Virus record (IMG/VR): IMGVR_UViG_3300017774_005106
Span: 1 to 32,314 of that record
DNA length: 32,314 nucleotides
Reading direction: 5' to 3' (one strand)
Source of the DNA: a virus
Taxonomy: Duplodnaviria > Caudoviricetes
A model generated the notes under the pieces. That model saw only the letters and a list, made by a program, of their open reading frames with translations, made no database searches and was not told the origin of the DNA. Numbering within the stretch: position 1 is the first letter of the stretch; each line of letters starts with the position of its first letter. Positions 1-8,338 of the stretch are shown here, piece by piece. The position numbers and the translations under genes were made by a program.

Positions 1-194
1 ATTGTCATGTCATCTTCTTCTATTGGCTCTTCCTCTTCTACTTCTACGTCTTCAAGCTCCTCTTTAATTTTGTGAGTTAGCATTGATTGGATTTTTGGAG
101 CAAAAGCCTCTTCTAAAGCTAGTTTTGCGTTTGCCATTGCAGTTTCTCTGACGGCTTTAGCGTCTGCAATTGCATCTTTTAATAATTTGTTCAT
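1..194 (-). CDS. Probable prohead scaffold/core protein (T4 gp22-like role), 5' part only, runs off the window
   Basis: Not in the ORF track; my translation from ATG at 194: MNKLLKDAIADAKAVRETAMANAKLALEEAFAPKIQSMLTHKIKEELEDVEVEEEEPIEEDDMT..., open to the edge. Helical N-terminus then very acidic; lies downstream of portal and prohead protease where scaffold/major capsid genes are expected. Confidence 0.7.
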   Translation of the reverse strand, partial: MNKLLKDAIADAKAVRETAMANAKLALEEAFAPKIQSMLTHKIKEELEDVEVEEEEPIEEDDMT

Positions 195-209
195 TTAATT
201 GTTTTTTTG

Positions 210-278
210 AACGTCCTACAGTTATTAAAAACTGCAATTGGGAATAATTTGTTTTGGACGCCATATCACGGATAGCGT
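210..278 (-). promoter_or_regulatory. Structured 5' leader of the scaffold gene (two hairpins plus an alternative long-range pairing)
   Basis: Minus strand: ACGCTAT(278-272)/ATGGCGT(264-258) stem; TGCAGTT(236-230)/AACTGTA(223-217) stem; GGCGTCC(262-256) also pairs with GGACGTT(216-210). Mismatches are G-U compatible on the minus strand. Confidence 0.5.
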
Positions 279-285
279 ATTTAAT

Positions 286-293
286 AATACATA
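286..293 (-). promoter_or_regulatory. Putative late promoter variant (TATGTATT)
   Basis: Variant of the recurring TATTTATW motif, just upstream of the structured leader, about 90 nt before the ATG at 194. Confidence 0.4.
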
Positions 294-341
294 GTATGAA
301 AAAACCCAAAATTAAAAAAATTGGCTTTTTATTAAATTATG

Positions 342-395
342 CTACAGATAAATTTGTTGTGCTAGCTCTGATATGCTAATTTGATATTTTTTCAC
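342..395 (-). CDS. Possible 17-aa micro-ORF (MKKYQISISELAQQIYL)
   Basis: GTG at 395-393 begins 1 nt after the stop of the upstream gene; TAG at 344-342. Fills an intergenic gap; too short to be certain. Confidence 0.2.
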   Translation of the reverse strand: MKKYQISISELAQQIYL

Positions 396-396
396 G

Positions 397-774
397 TTAA
401 TCTTCGATTATATCGTTGAAGTTTACATATACAGTTTCGCTATTATCAACAACTACTTCTATACCATCTTTTGTTATTGACTTCACTTCGCCAGTATTAT
501 TACTGAACACAGCGTCATTATATTTTTTAACTGCACTGAGGTTGAAGGATATTGTAAGTGCTTTTGAGTCTGGAGCTTTGTCTTTTTTTTCTTCATCTTT
601 GCCGTCCTCAGCCCCTGCTTCAGGCTCTTCTTCAGCCCCTGCTTCAGGTTCTTCCTCAGCTTTTTTGTCATCCCCAGCTGCTGCAAATGGATTTTCTTCA
701 GTAATGATACGATAGTCGCTCAGTATTTCGCTAAGTAAGGTTATTACAGTTTGTTTATTAGTTACCAATTTCAT
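397..774 (-). CDS. Acidic head-associated hypothetical protein
   Basis: Track ORF 397..807; the internal ATG at 774 (MKLVTNKQ) gives less overlap with the upstream gene. Acidic low-complexity middle (AEEEPEAG x2), small beta-rich C-terminal domain; located between protease and scaffold genes. Confidence 0.7.
   Translation of the reverse strand: MKLVTNKQTVITLLSEILSDYRIITEENPFAAAGDDKKAEEEPEAGAEEEPEAGAEDGKDEEKKDKAPDSKALTISFNLSAVKKYNDAVFSNNTGEVKSITKDGIEVVVDNSETVYVNFNDIIED
608..660. repeat. 24-bp in-frame tandem repeat, about 2.2 copies
   Basis: tcagcccctgcttcaggctcttct / tcagcccctgcttcaggttcttcc / tcagc; encodes the AEEEPEAG repeat. Confidence 0.9.
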
Positions 775-1141
775 AATATCGGGATAATCCGTTACCCATT
801 TCTTCATACAACGACTCTAATCGTTGTTGTAGTTTTGAAATTTCATTTACGGTTTTGTTAAATTCTACATTTTTTGAATTAAGCTCTTTCATATTACGCT
901 TGACAGTAACTTCATCAAACCATTCTCCGTTTTCTTGCAAAACCATTTGTTCTGCTTTTTCAACAATTTTAGAAATTCTACTTGCTGCTTCCTTTAACCC
1001 CTCGCTTTGGTATATTACTTCGCCGATAGTTTGGTACTCTCTAATCTCTTCTAATACTTGAGTTTTTTCATTTAGATGCATTTTTTGGCCTGAAGTATCA
1101 CCAGCCATTGCTTCGCTTAGTTGTTGTATTATATTTTTCAT
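758..1141 (-). CDS. Coiled-coil hypothetical protein, probable prohead core component
   Basis: 127 aa, helical heptad pattern, starts 2 nt after the protease stop. Confidence 0.75.
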   Translation of the reverse strand: MKNIIQQLSEAMAGDTSGQKMHLNEKTQVLEEIREYQTIGEVIYQSEGLKEAASRISKIVEKAEQMVLQENGEWFDEVTVKRNMKELNSKNVEFNKTVNEISKLQQRLESLYEEMGNGLSRYYEIGN

Positions 1142-1143
1142 AT

Positions 1144-1758
1144 TTACATTATTGTTATTATCTCATTAATTAGAGAATTGATTCTGTCGTGCTTACCTTG
1201 AATTTTAGTTGTAATTCCTTCGTTTAACGATGGAGACATAAAGGCTCCTTGAGTAGATGGATTAGACACTAGATCCCAACACACAATCTCAAAATCTTCA
1301 TCAACCTCGACCTTTCCTTCTCCTAACTCTTTAACTGATCCCATCCCTCGAGAGCTAATCCCTAATCTTATTCCTGATTTAAGCAACTCTTTTGCAATGT
1401 TTCCCGATGGAGTGCTTAGTATTTCTAGCTTACCCATTAGGTCAGTTCCTTGCCACCATAAATCTAATATGTTGTGTGATACATTTGCTAGGTTCACTAC
1501 TTGAGATTCTGGATGATCTAGCTCTCCAAGAGCTCTACGTTCTTTTACAAACACCCTTTTATAATTATCAGCTTCTCGCTTTAGTATTGCAAGAGGATAG
1601 CTACGACCATTTTGGTTAAAATTTTCAGCACTAGCAGTACTGCCTCTCTGCATAATACCAGATACAATTAATTTACCATTATTTTGGGTTAAAGACTCGT
1701 TCACTTGAGCTGGCGATAGCTCTATTGTTCCAATATAGTCTACAATTATACGTTTCAT
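1144..1758 (-). CDS. Prohead core protease (T4 gp21-like, peptidase S77)
   Basis: Motifs NQNGRSYP, ALGELDHPE (catalytic His), GISSRGMGS (catalytic Ser), WDLVSNPSTQGA; downstream of portal. Confidence 0.95.
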   Translation of the reverse strand: MKRIIVDYIGTIELSPAQVNESLTQNNGKLIVSGIMQRGSTASAENFNQNGRSYPLAILKREADNYKRVFVKERRALGELDHPESQVVNLANVSHNILDLWWQGTDLMGKLEILSTPSGNIAKELLKSGIRLGISSRGMGSVKELGEGKVEVDEDFEIVCWDLVSNPSTQGAFMSPSLNEGITTKIQGKHDRINSLINEIITIM

Positions 1759-2490
1759 TTACTTAAATATTTTAGTTAAGTTTGTAACAACCTCTTGTTC
1801 TTGATCTAAGTTTCCAAGCATTTCTTCCTTTTCGTATCCCTGATAGGTTAAAAGTCCTTTTACGTAATCAATAGCTTGTGGCTCTCCTAAGATCATTACA
1901 TCAAACTCATATTGATCTGTTCCTAATTGATTGTATTCAATATCCTGTGGTCGGACTCTAATCCCAGCTTTATTAAAATAATCAACTAGTTTATCTTTAA
2001 TAGACTGTGCTGTTGCTTCATTTAGATTATACAAACCATTTGCTTTTTCAGACAACGTCTGTATACGGTTATGTATTTTTGCTAAGGCTTCGTTAGTTTT
2101 TTTCCAATGTATGCTATTTGCATATTTTTGCTCTGTCTTAAGCTTAATACTATGGTCAAGCATGCGGGATAGTTCACCTAATCGTTTAGCTACTTCTAGT
2201 ATATTTGTATTGATTTTTTGAACGCTTGTTTTAGTTTGATCTCGCTTAAACCCATTATATGATACTTCTTGCAGCTTAATAATATTAACCTTCTCTTTTG
2301 GTGCTTTTATAGAGTATGCATATTGATCATCTTCTACATTAAAAGATGTAGGCTCATCCGCATCCTCATCGCCAACAAAAGCATTAGGTGTGCTATAACT
2401 AGCAACATTGGCAGTACTACTGCCTTCCCTCATTTTCTTTAGTTGCTCTTTTACGAATCTACGAAGCTCATTTACCTCTTGTTTTCTCAT
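1759..2490 (-). CDS. Head-module hypothetical protein
   Basis: 243 aa; ATGA overlap with upstream gene and abuts the protease start; segments bounded by MRE/LQE/LNE. Confidence 0.75.
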   Translation of the reverse strand: MRKQEVNELRRFVKEQLKKMREGSSTANVASYSTPNAFVGDEDADEPTSFNVEDDQYAYSIKAPKEKVNIIKLQEVSYNGFKRDQTKTSVQKINTNILEVAKRLGELSRMLDHSIKLKTEQKYANSIHWKKTNEALAKIHNRIQTLSEKANGLYNLNEATAQSIKDKLVDYFNKAGIRVRPQDIEYNQLGTDQYEFDVMILGEPQAIDYVKGLLTYQGYEKEEMLGNLDQEQEVVTNLTKIFK

Positions 2491-3323
2491 ATTTCTTTTA
2501 ATAGCTCGTGATATAGTAGTAACGCATGTACATGGTGTTCCTTTGCTCTTTTAATAGACTCGTTACGATCTAATAAATTTGCAACTTCTGTTAACTTAAT
2601 TATTGTAATTTTATCTTTGACTTTACTAGCTTTTTTAAGTAGTTGTTGTTTTAGCAACTTGCTCTCCTTTATAATAAAACTACTAAGCTGAGTTGTGTTT
2701 GATATGTTATTAATATACTCTTTGAGTATGTTTTGCTGATGTGATGATAGTACTGAGTACTTATCGTTGAACTTTTCAAGCATCAATCGATACGCTAGTA
2801 ACCGAATATCTTCCGACTCGTTTAGGTATGATTGGGCAACTTCCTGCTCAGCTACTAATGGCCGCTTTCGCATGATATGCTCAGTTATTGTTGCACGACT
2901 TCTTATAAGCTCCGCAACCTGAGTTACACTTGTGTTTTCAAAAACCCTGTAAATTGCTGCATGTAGTTTGTACTCATTAACAGTTGCTTTAAAGAAATCT
3001 GAAATATCATAGTTGATTTTAATTTCTCTGATTAACGCATACTTACTATCCTGAAGTACTTTCTGATTCAATTGTTTACGAATCTTTATAGTTGTATTTA
3101 GTAAAGCATCAGCTTTACTTGACTGCTTAAATACTTCATTAATTAATGTGTGATACAGCATCAACTCCTTTGCTAGAGTCTTTTGAGGTCCAAAAAATTC
3201 TCTGACAATTTTTAATGCTGGGGAGTTGGTTACTCCAACCATTGTGTCAGCTGCAATTTGTCTTGTTAGTAATTCAAACAGAATTCCAGTGTTTTTTAAC
3301 TTAGAATGTATTGATTTTTTCAT
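2487..3323 (-). CDS. Head-module hypothetical protein (helical, basic)
   Basis: 278 aa directly downstream of portal; N-terminus HSKLKNTGILFELLTRQI; preceded by the late-motif variant TACTTATT. Confidence 0.8.
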   Translation of the reverse strand: MKKSIHSKLKNTGILFELLTRQIAADTMVGVTNSPALKIVREFFGPQKTLAKELMLYHTLINEVFKQSSKADALLNTTIKIRKQLNQKVLQDSKYALIREIKINYDISDFFKATVNEYKLHAAIYRVFENTSVTQVAELIRSRATITEHIMRKRPLVAEQEVAQSYLNESEDIRLLAYRLMLEKFNDKYSVLSSHQQNILKEYINNISNTTQLSSFIIKESKLLKQQLLKKASKVKDKITIIKLTEVANLLDRNESIKRAKEHHVHALLLYHELLKEI

Positions 3324-3340
3324 GTATAGTTTTCCCTAGT

Positions 3341-3348
3341 AATAAGTA
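3341..3348 (-). promoter_or_regulatory. Putative late promoter variant TACTTATT
   Basis: aataagta on + strand, 17 nt upstream of the ATG at 3323. Confidence 0.5.
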
Positions 3349-3366
3349 TGTCTCTATTATATTAGA

Positions 3367-5232
3367 TTACTCTTCTAATATATTTTCTTCATTGAGAAGG
3401 GATGACCCTTCCGTCTCAGACTTGTACGTTTGGTTTACTGCTTGATGTTTGTCATAGCTCTCTAGAGTTGCTTTGTGTTTAATTAATCCACCATTCCCAT
3501 TACTTTTTGATAATTCGGATATATTTCTAGCTGCTTTGAATGCTTTTCTGCCGAAAGGATCATATCCCATTGGATGTTCGTGTGTCATATATGTTCCAAG
3601 TTCCTCAGGACGACCTGCTCCTTTCCAACCTCCTACTGGAACCTCTTTTTCATCGTAACCACTTGGTACTCCACCATCACCTTTGTATAAGGCTGCAATG
3701 TCATGTGGTGTTCCAAAAGACTGCCCACTCTTTGATGGATCGTTGCCTTCGGTTTTAATTTGTTCTAAACGGAAGAACTCTTTTTCTCCTTTAGCAATAC
3801 TCTCTTGCTCTCTTAACCAATCATCTTCTGGAATGTTAAAGATATTTTCATAGCACCAATATTTGCTAAATAAGCGCTGCTCTACTAGCGTTTGAGCTAA
3901 ACCTGCTTTTGATGTCCAAAGTTCAATCTTTTCTCTTTCGTATATTGTATTTGGTGGTGTTAATTTTAGTGAGAAATCAACAATTTCTTCATCTTGAAAT
4001 CCCTGAGCATATAAATGAATGATTGCAATTTTTGTAAGCTCAGAAACAATTATTTTTTGGATACGTTCAACTGTCTTAGCAAAGCGGAAATCTTGCGATG
4101 ATAGTGTTGATTTTCCAGTAGTATCCTCTTCGTATCCTAAATATGCTTTTGGGATTTTCAATGATCCTAGCATTCTATTTCTTAAATATTCAATATCTGG
4201 TATTGCGTCGTGCTGAAGTCCCGGTGTTGTTTCAATAGTTGTGCCACTCTCTGCCCCTCTAACTGGAAGATAAAAATCTTCTAGTATATTTTGCATGTTG
4301 TATTTTAAATTATATTGGCCGGTTGATTCATCCATAAATGGAATCTTTTTCATTTTATTGATAGTCGCTTCCATAAACGAATCAACCTCTGCAGGTGGTA
4401 TGTTACCAATGTCTATTTTAAAAATACGCTTATCTGGTGCACGCATAATTCGATGAATTAACATTGCATCCTCCATTAACGTGAGCTGCTTCCATACCTT
4501 ACGGGCTGGTTCAATTAACGATCGTCCGTAAGGTAAAAAGTTTGTATCTGTTAAAAGTCTAAAGTGAGCAATTTCAAAGTTCTCGTACTCCTCACTATCA
4601 GTCTCTCTGCGATATAATATTGATGAGGTGCTTCCTCCTAACGATAAGTCTCTTCTAAATGTTACCTTGTTTGGATTTTCAGGGTCTAATCCTTCTGTCC
4701 TTATCATCTCATAAACAGAAATTGGATCTACATTTGTAACACCATATTTTTCACTAATGTGTAAGTGTAGGAAAAAATCACCATATTTCAAAGTGCTTCT
4801 AATCCATGGCCATAAATTAAACTCTACGTTTATTATATCATAAAATAAGTTATGTAGTACTTTATGTATTCTTTCATTACTAGTAACAATTGTTAATGTA
4901 TCGTCAAACTCATCTTTAGCAGTACACTCATCTGCATAAATGTCCAATGCTGATGAAATAATACTGTCGGAGTCCATTGCTTCATAGTCTCGAAAAACCT
5001 CCATTCTAGTTGCTTGGAGTAATTGTCCATTGTTATAAGCTGTTGTTGTACCAGTTCCATATAAACGACTAAATCGATCAACTCGACTATTGTTTTGTAA
5101 GTTTCCAACTGACTGCAGCTTATCTGTATCAATTACTTTTAATTGATTACCACCAACGTTACGTATAATAACATCTGTACTAAATAAGCGTTGTAATCTT
5201 CTAAATAAACTAGGATTTGGAGTTTCAGCCAT
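3367..5232 (-). CDS. Portal protein (T4 gp20-like)
   Basis: Motifs YEAMDSDSIISSALDIYADE, YGRSLIEPARKVWKQLTLMEDAMLIHRIMRAPDKRIFKIDIGNIP, EDFYLPVRG, DIEYLRNRMLGSLKIPKAYL; directly after terminase. Confidence 0.95.
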   Translation of the reverse strand: MAETPNPSLFRRLQRLFSTDVIIRNVGGNQLKVIDTDKLQSVGNLQNNSRVDRFSRLYGTGTTTAYNNGQLLQATRMEVFRDYEAMDSDSIISSALDIYADECTAKDEFDDTLTIVTSNERIHKVLHNLFYDIINVEFNLWPWIRSTLKYGDFFLHLHISEKYGVTNVDPISVYEMIRTEGLDPENPNKVTFRRDLSLGGSTSSILYRRETDSEEYENFEIAHFRLLTDTNFLPYGRSLIEPARKVWKQLTLMEDAMLIHRIMRAPDKRIFKIDIGNIPPAEVDSFMEATINKMKKIPFMDESTGQYNLKYNMQNILEDFYLPVRGAESGTTIETTPGLQHDAIPDIEYLRNRMLGSLKIPKAYLGYEEDTTGKSTLSSQDFRFAKTVERIQKIIVSELTKIAIIHLYAQGFQDEEIVDFSLKLTPPNTIYEREKIELWTSKAGLAQTLVEQRLFSKYWCYENIFNIPEDDWLREQESIAKGEKEFFRLEQIKTEGNDPSKSGQSFGTPHDIAALYKGDGGVPSGYDEKEVPVGGWKGAGRPEELGTYMTHEHPMGYDPFGRKAFKAARNISELSKSNGNGGLIKHKATLESYDKHQAVNQTYKSETEGSSLLNEENILEE

Positions 5233-5249
5233 GTATTCTTTATGTTTTT

Positions 5250-5257
5250 AATAAATA
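5250..5257 (-). promoter_or_regulatory. Putative late promoter TATTTATT
   Basis: aataaata on + strand in the 27-nt terminase-portal gap, 17 nt upstream of the portal ATG. Confidence 0.55.
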
Positions 5258-5259
5258 GG

Positions 5260-6828
5260 TTAAATTAACCATGAAATGTCTTCCGATTGACCATTTATGT
5301 CCATTCGCCAAGCATCCTCTTTGTTATATGATGGTTTGTACACCCCAGTAGATCTCATGTGATTTAGAGTTGTTTTAGTTAACTCAATACCTTGCTGACG
5401 AAGTCTTAATGCTGTGTCTCTTACCCATAAGCCCATACACCAACTCATTACCAAATCATCATTATATCCTGTTTGAGCTTCTGCTCTTGCGTTTCTCCAT
5501 ATGAAAACTGCAAGCTCATCTAACAATCTTCTACTCCTTATTATACAGCTTTTTTCTCTCATATACAACTCTGTCTTGCTTATTAATAGCGGACGGACTT
5601 TGTGTGACATTGTAAACCCAGCAACTTGATCTCTTGTATTTTGTAGGTCTGTTGCACGTGCTAAATATCGTTCTGGGTCAAGCCCCATATCTTTTGGTGT
5701 GTAGTATAGGTTTTTGTATCCTCTTTCAATAACTTGCTGGATTGTTGCCCATCCAATGTTTGCGTTTTCAATTACAAGCAAAGCATCGTTATACTCTGTT
5801 GCAATTGATACTAACATATTTCCGTAATCTTTAGTCGATACTTGTCCCTTATATTCTGCTACCTGCCTAGCATCTTCTAGATCAATAACATGAAATCCTG
5901 AAAAGTCAGTTGCGTCTCCTCTAGCAACATCAGCTACTACAACATAGCTCTTAGTGTAATTTGGAATCTCCCACACCCATAGATTGCTATCAAATCCTCG
6001 TTTTTCAATTGGATCTTGCATATATGTCTGTCTGTAGTAGGCTAACATATCTGGGTGTATTACGGTATTACCTGAAGTGGAAAAATCACAGTCACATTCT
6101 TGTGCTGCTAATCTTGCTCCTAATTCTTCATCTTGTCTATCCCTCCATTCTTGATCTCTCTCTGGATGTACTTGCCAAGGTAATCGTTTAGTAAAAAAAG
6201 TATTACGCCCTTCTTCTGATGCTGTCCATATTTTATGAAAAAAGTTACCAGTACCATTAGGTGTACTTAATATAACTCCTCTACCTCCAGTAGATAGCGT
6301 TTGCTGTAGCGATGCCCATAGATCTTCTGCATTATCAACGAATGCTGCTTCATCTATAATAACTAAAGACAAAGCTTCAGAGCGACCAGATGTTCCTGAG
6401 CTTGCTACTGCTTTAATTTGAGATCCGTTTGCAAATCTTAATGACAGTTTATTTTTTTCTGTTGTCCTCATTTTCAACCAACTAGGTAGATTTTCAAACA
6501 TTACATTTACCTTTGTTACAAGGTTTTTAGAAGTGTTCTGATCAATAGCTACTACTAGTATATTTTTATCTGTCTGAAATAGCATAGTCCATAAAGAGTA
6601 GCCAGCTGTCAGTGTTGATATTCCTAATTGACGTGATTTGAGTATTACTACTCTATCGTTGTCTTGTATATTATTTGTTAGTTCCTCTTGATACGGGAAT
6701 AGCTTAAATGGAATTTTGCCTTTTGTCGGATGTTGTATTAAGCAGTACTTTTTCATAAAGTATACTGGATCTTTAGCACACTTAATGTATTCGGCTTTAA
6801 TTATATCTTTTAGAGTAGGCTCGTTCAT
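5260..6828 (-). CDS. terL: Terminase large subunit (T4 gp17-like)
   Basis: Adenine-binding LFPYQ, Walker A KSRQLGIST, Walker B LVIIDEAAF, coupling motif LSTPNG, RNase H-like nuclease VVADVARG...DFS and DDLVMS; no intein evident. Confidence 0.96.
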   Translation of the reverse strand: MNEPTLKDIIKAEYIKCAKDPVYFMKKYCLIQHPTKGKIPFKLFPYQEELTNNIQDNDRVVILKSRQLGISTLTAGYSLWTMLFQTDKNILVVAIDQNTSKNLVTKVNVMFENLPSWLKMRTTEKNKLSLRFANGSQIKAVASSGTSGRSEALSLVIIDEAAFVDNAEDLWASLQQTLSTGGRGVILSTPNGTGNFFHKIWTASEEGRNTFFTKRLPWQVHPERDQEWRDRQDEELGARLAAQECDCDFSTSGNTVIHPDMLAYYRQTYMQDPIEKRGFDSNLWVWEIPNYTKSYVVVADVARGDATDFSGFHVIDLEDARQVAEYKGQVSTKDYGNMLVSIATEYNDALLVIENANIGWATIQQVIERGYKNLYYTPKDMGLDPERYLARATDLQNTRDQVAGFTMSHKVRPLLISKTELYMREKSCIIRSRRLLDELAVFIWRNARAEAQTGYNDDLVMSWCMGLWVRDTALRLRQQGIELTKTTLNHMRSTGVYKPSYNKEDAWRMDINGQSEDISWLI

Positions 6829-6830
6829 GT

Positions 6831-7268
6831 TTACTTAATAAGCACTAATGATACTACAGTAGCTATGGTTGCTAGTAATCCACCACCAAAACCTTTTACC
6901 CATCCTTGCAGTCTTCTGTTTTTTCTTTGCAGTGTGTTTATTTCTTTCTCTAACTGCACCACTCTGTCAGAAGCTACTTTATACTTTAACTCTTGAGTAT
7001 TAGTTTCTTGCACTTGAATAGTGACTTTTTTTTCAAGACTGTTTATAATACTATCTTTAAGGATTAGCTTACTGTTAGTTTGATTCAATACAAATGTAGT
7101 TTTACTATGCTCTTGAATTAGAGAATCTAAACGAACAAGATCTTGGGCAATTAGTCTGGCTTTAGCAATTGGCAAGCAAACTTGCAATTTGTCACTTGTA
7201 CCGGTTTGAGAAAAAGTCGTCAAGCTCATTAACAGAGTAACGACTAGCATTTTTAATTTTTTTGTCAT
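6831..7268 (-). CDS. Secreted coiled-coil protein with C-terminal TM helix (spanin-like candidate)
   Basis: Signal peptide MTKKLKMLVVTLLMSLTTFS|Q, long coiled coil, C-terminal hydrophobic GFGGGLLATIATVVSLVLIK; overlaps upstream gene by 77 nt. Confidence 0.55.
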   Translation of the reverse strand: MTKKLKMLVVTLLMSLTTFSQTGTSDKLQVCLPIAKARLIAQDLVRLDSLIQEHSKTTFVLNQTNSKLILKDSIINSLEKKVTIQVQETNTQELKYKVASDRVVQLEKEINTLQRKNRRLQGWVKGFGGGLLATIATVVSLVLIK

Positions 7269-7542
7269 AATAGTTTCTAATTTCGATTATTTTATTTTCT
7301 GCTGAATCTATTTTATAGTCCAGTTGTTTCACACTTAGCTCAAAATCTAGAATTTTTTTATCTAAAGTTAGCTGTTTGTTTTTATAATCGAATATAACAT
7401 TATTCAGACTATCAATCTTATTCACATAAGTAGGATCAACTACTGTGCTTTGTGAAAAATTGCGTGCAATTAATATCCAAGCAGTTAGTATAATAACCAA
7501 CGCAATTAATATTAAATTTGTTTTTGTAACTTCAAATTTCAT
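7192..7542 (-). CDS. N-terminally membrane-anchored coiled-coil protein (i-spanin-like candidate)
   Basis: TM LILIALVIILTAWILIA followed by a heptad-rich region; overlapped arrangement like Rz/Rz1 pairs. Confidence 0.55.
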   Translation of the reverse strand: MKFEVTKTNLILIALVIILTAWILIARNFSQSTVVDPTYVNKIDSLNNVIFDYKNKQLTLDKKILDFELSVKQLDYKIDSAENKIIEIRNYYDKKIKNASRYSVNELDDFFSNRYK

Positions 7543-7543
7543 C

Positions 7544-8338
7544 TTAGAATGTATTTCGTTCCATGTCTATGTTATCTGCATAATTTCGGGCGTACTCCAT
7601 TGCATAGTCATCAATAAGATCATATAAGATGTCCAATTGCTTTGTATCTAACTTTCCTCGTATGATTGGGCTATTTGTATTTTGCATTATATTACTAAAA
7701 AAATTAGCCAATGCTTTTTTAGCAGCTCTCAGACTTGGCTCATCGCTGCTATCAGTTGCAAAGTAAACTTCTGCTAATACTGATGCTGGCACTTTAGTGT
7801 CTATGTTTTTGGTCTGACTAAGAGCCGTTGTAAACGCCATTGCAAGCTCTCTATTATTAATTTTTAATTTGAATCCTGATTTCTCTAATACTGGCTTAAG
7901 CACGTCCATTATTTTTTCAACCTCAAACTTGTTTAGTTGCAGCATACTCTGCTTTGTAACTGATCTATATAGTTGAGTAAAGTCTCTCTGTACATCTCTA
8001 GGAGCGAGTGCTAGTTTTTGAAAAAAGGTTTGCATTACTGATTTCATTTGCTGTACAGCAATTGTATATTGTCCACTAACGCCTCCCGGTATTCGTATTT
8101 CGTTTTTAGCTGAGTAGTTTTTGTCTACGTAGTTGAAAAACTCTTTTTTCTCTTCGTCTGTGCTAAAGTCTGCAGGAGACTTTACTCCATACTTTTCTAA
8201 AGCTTTTTGAAAAAATTCTTGATATGCTGTATCCTCCCTTAGCCGTCTTGCTATTTGTTTTCCTCTCGATTCAAGTAGCGGCTCCTTACTAAGGACCGCT
8301 TTAATGCCATTTTCTATTAGCTGCTTAAGTGCACTCAT
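7544..8338 (-). CDS. Hypothetical modular protein, probable internal head protein
   Basis: 264 aa; N-terminal MSALKQLIE...LLE leader, small module YQEFFQKALEKYGVKSPADF...KKEFFNYVDKNY, further modules after KNE and LAE. Confidence 0.7.
   Translation of the reverse strand: MSALKQLIENGIKAVLSKEPLLESRGKQIARRLREDTAYQEFFQKALEKYGVKSPADFSTDEEKKEFFNYVDKNYSAKNEIRIPGGVSGQYTIAVQQMKSVMQTFFQKLALAPRDVQRDFTQLYRSVTKQSMLQLNKFEVEKIMDVLKPVLEKSGFKLKINNRELAMAFTTALSQTKNIDTKVPASVLAEVYFATDSSDEPSLRAAKKALANFFSNIMQNTNSPIIRGKLDTKQLDILYDLIDDYAMEYARNYADNIDMERNTF

Noticed and set aside
298-331. Possible intrinsic terminator (AAAAAGCCAA...TTGGGTTTTTT) upstream of the scaffold leader
   Set aside because: Only a 4-bp core with a G-G mismatch and long loop; too weak to call.
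608-660. 24-bp repeat as a regulatory or CRISPR-like element
   Set aside because: In-frame coding duplication in an acidic linker with no spacers.
483-5132. Nested minus-strand ORFs 483..686 and 4893..5132
   Set aside because: Alternate frames inside better-supported genes; 483..686 merely reads the 24-bp repeat in another frame.
3367-6828. Inteins or introns in terminase or portal
   Set aside because: Lengths are normal, motifs contiguous, no intein splice or homing endonuclease signatures.
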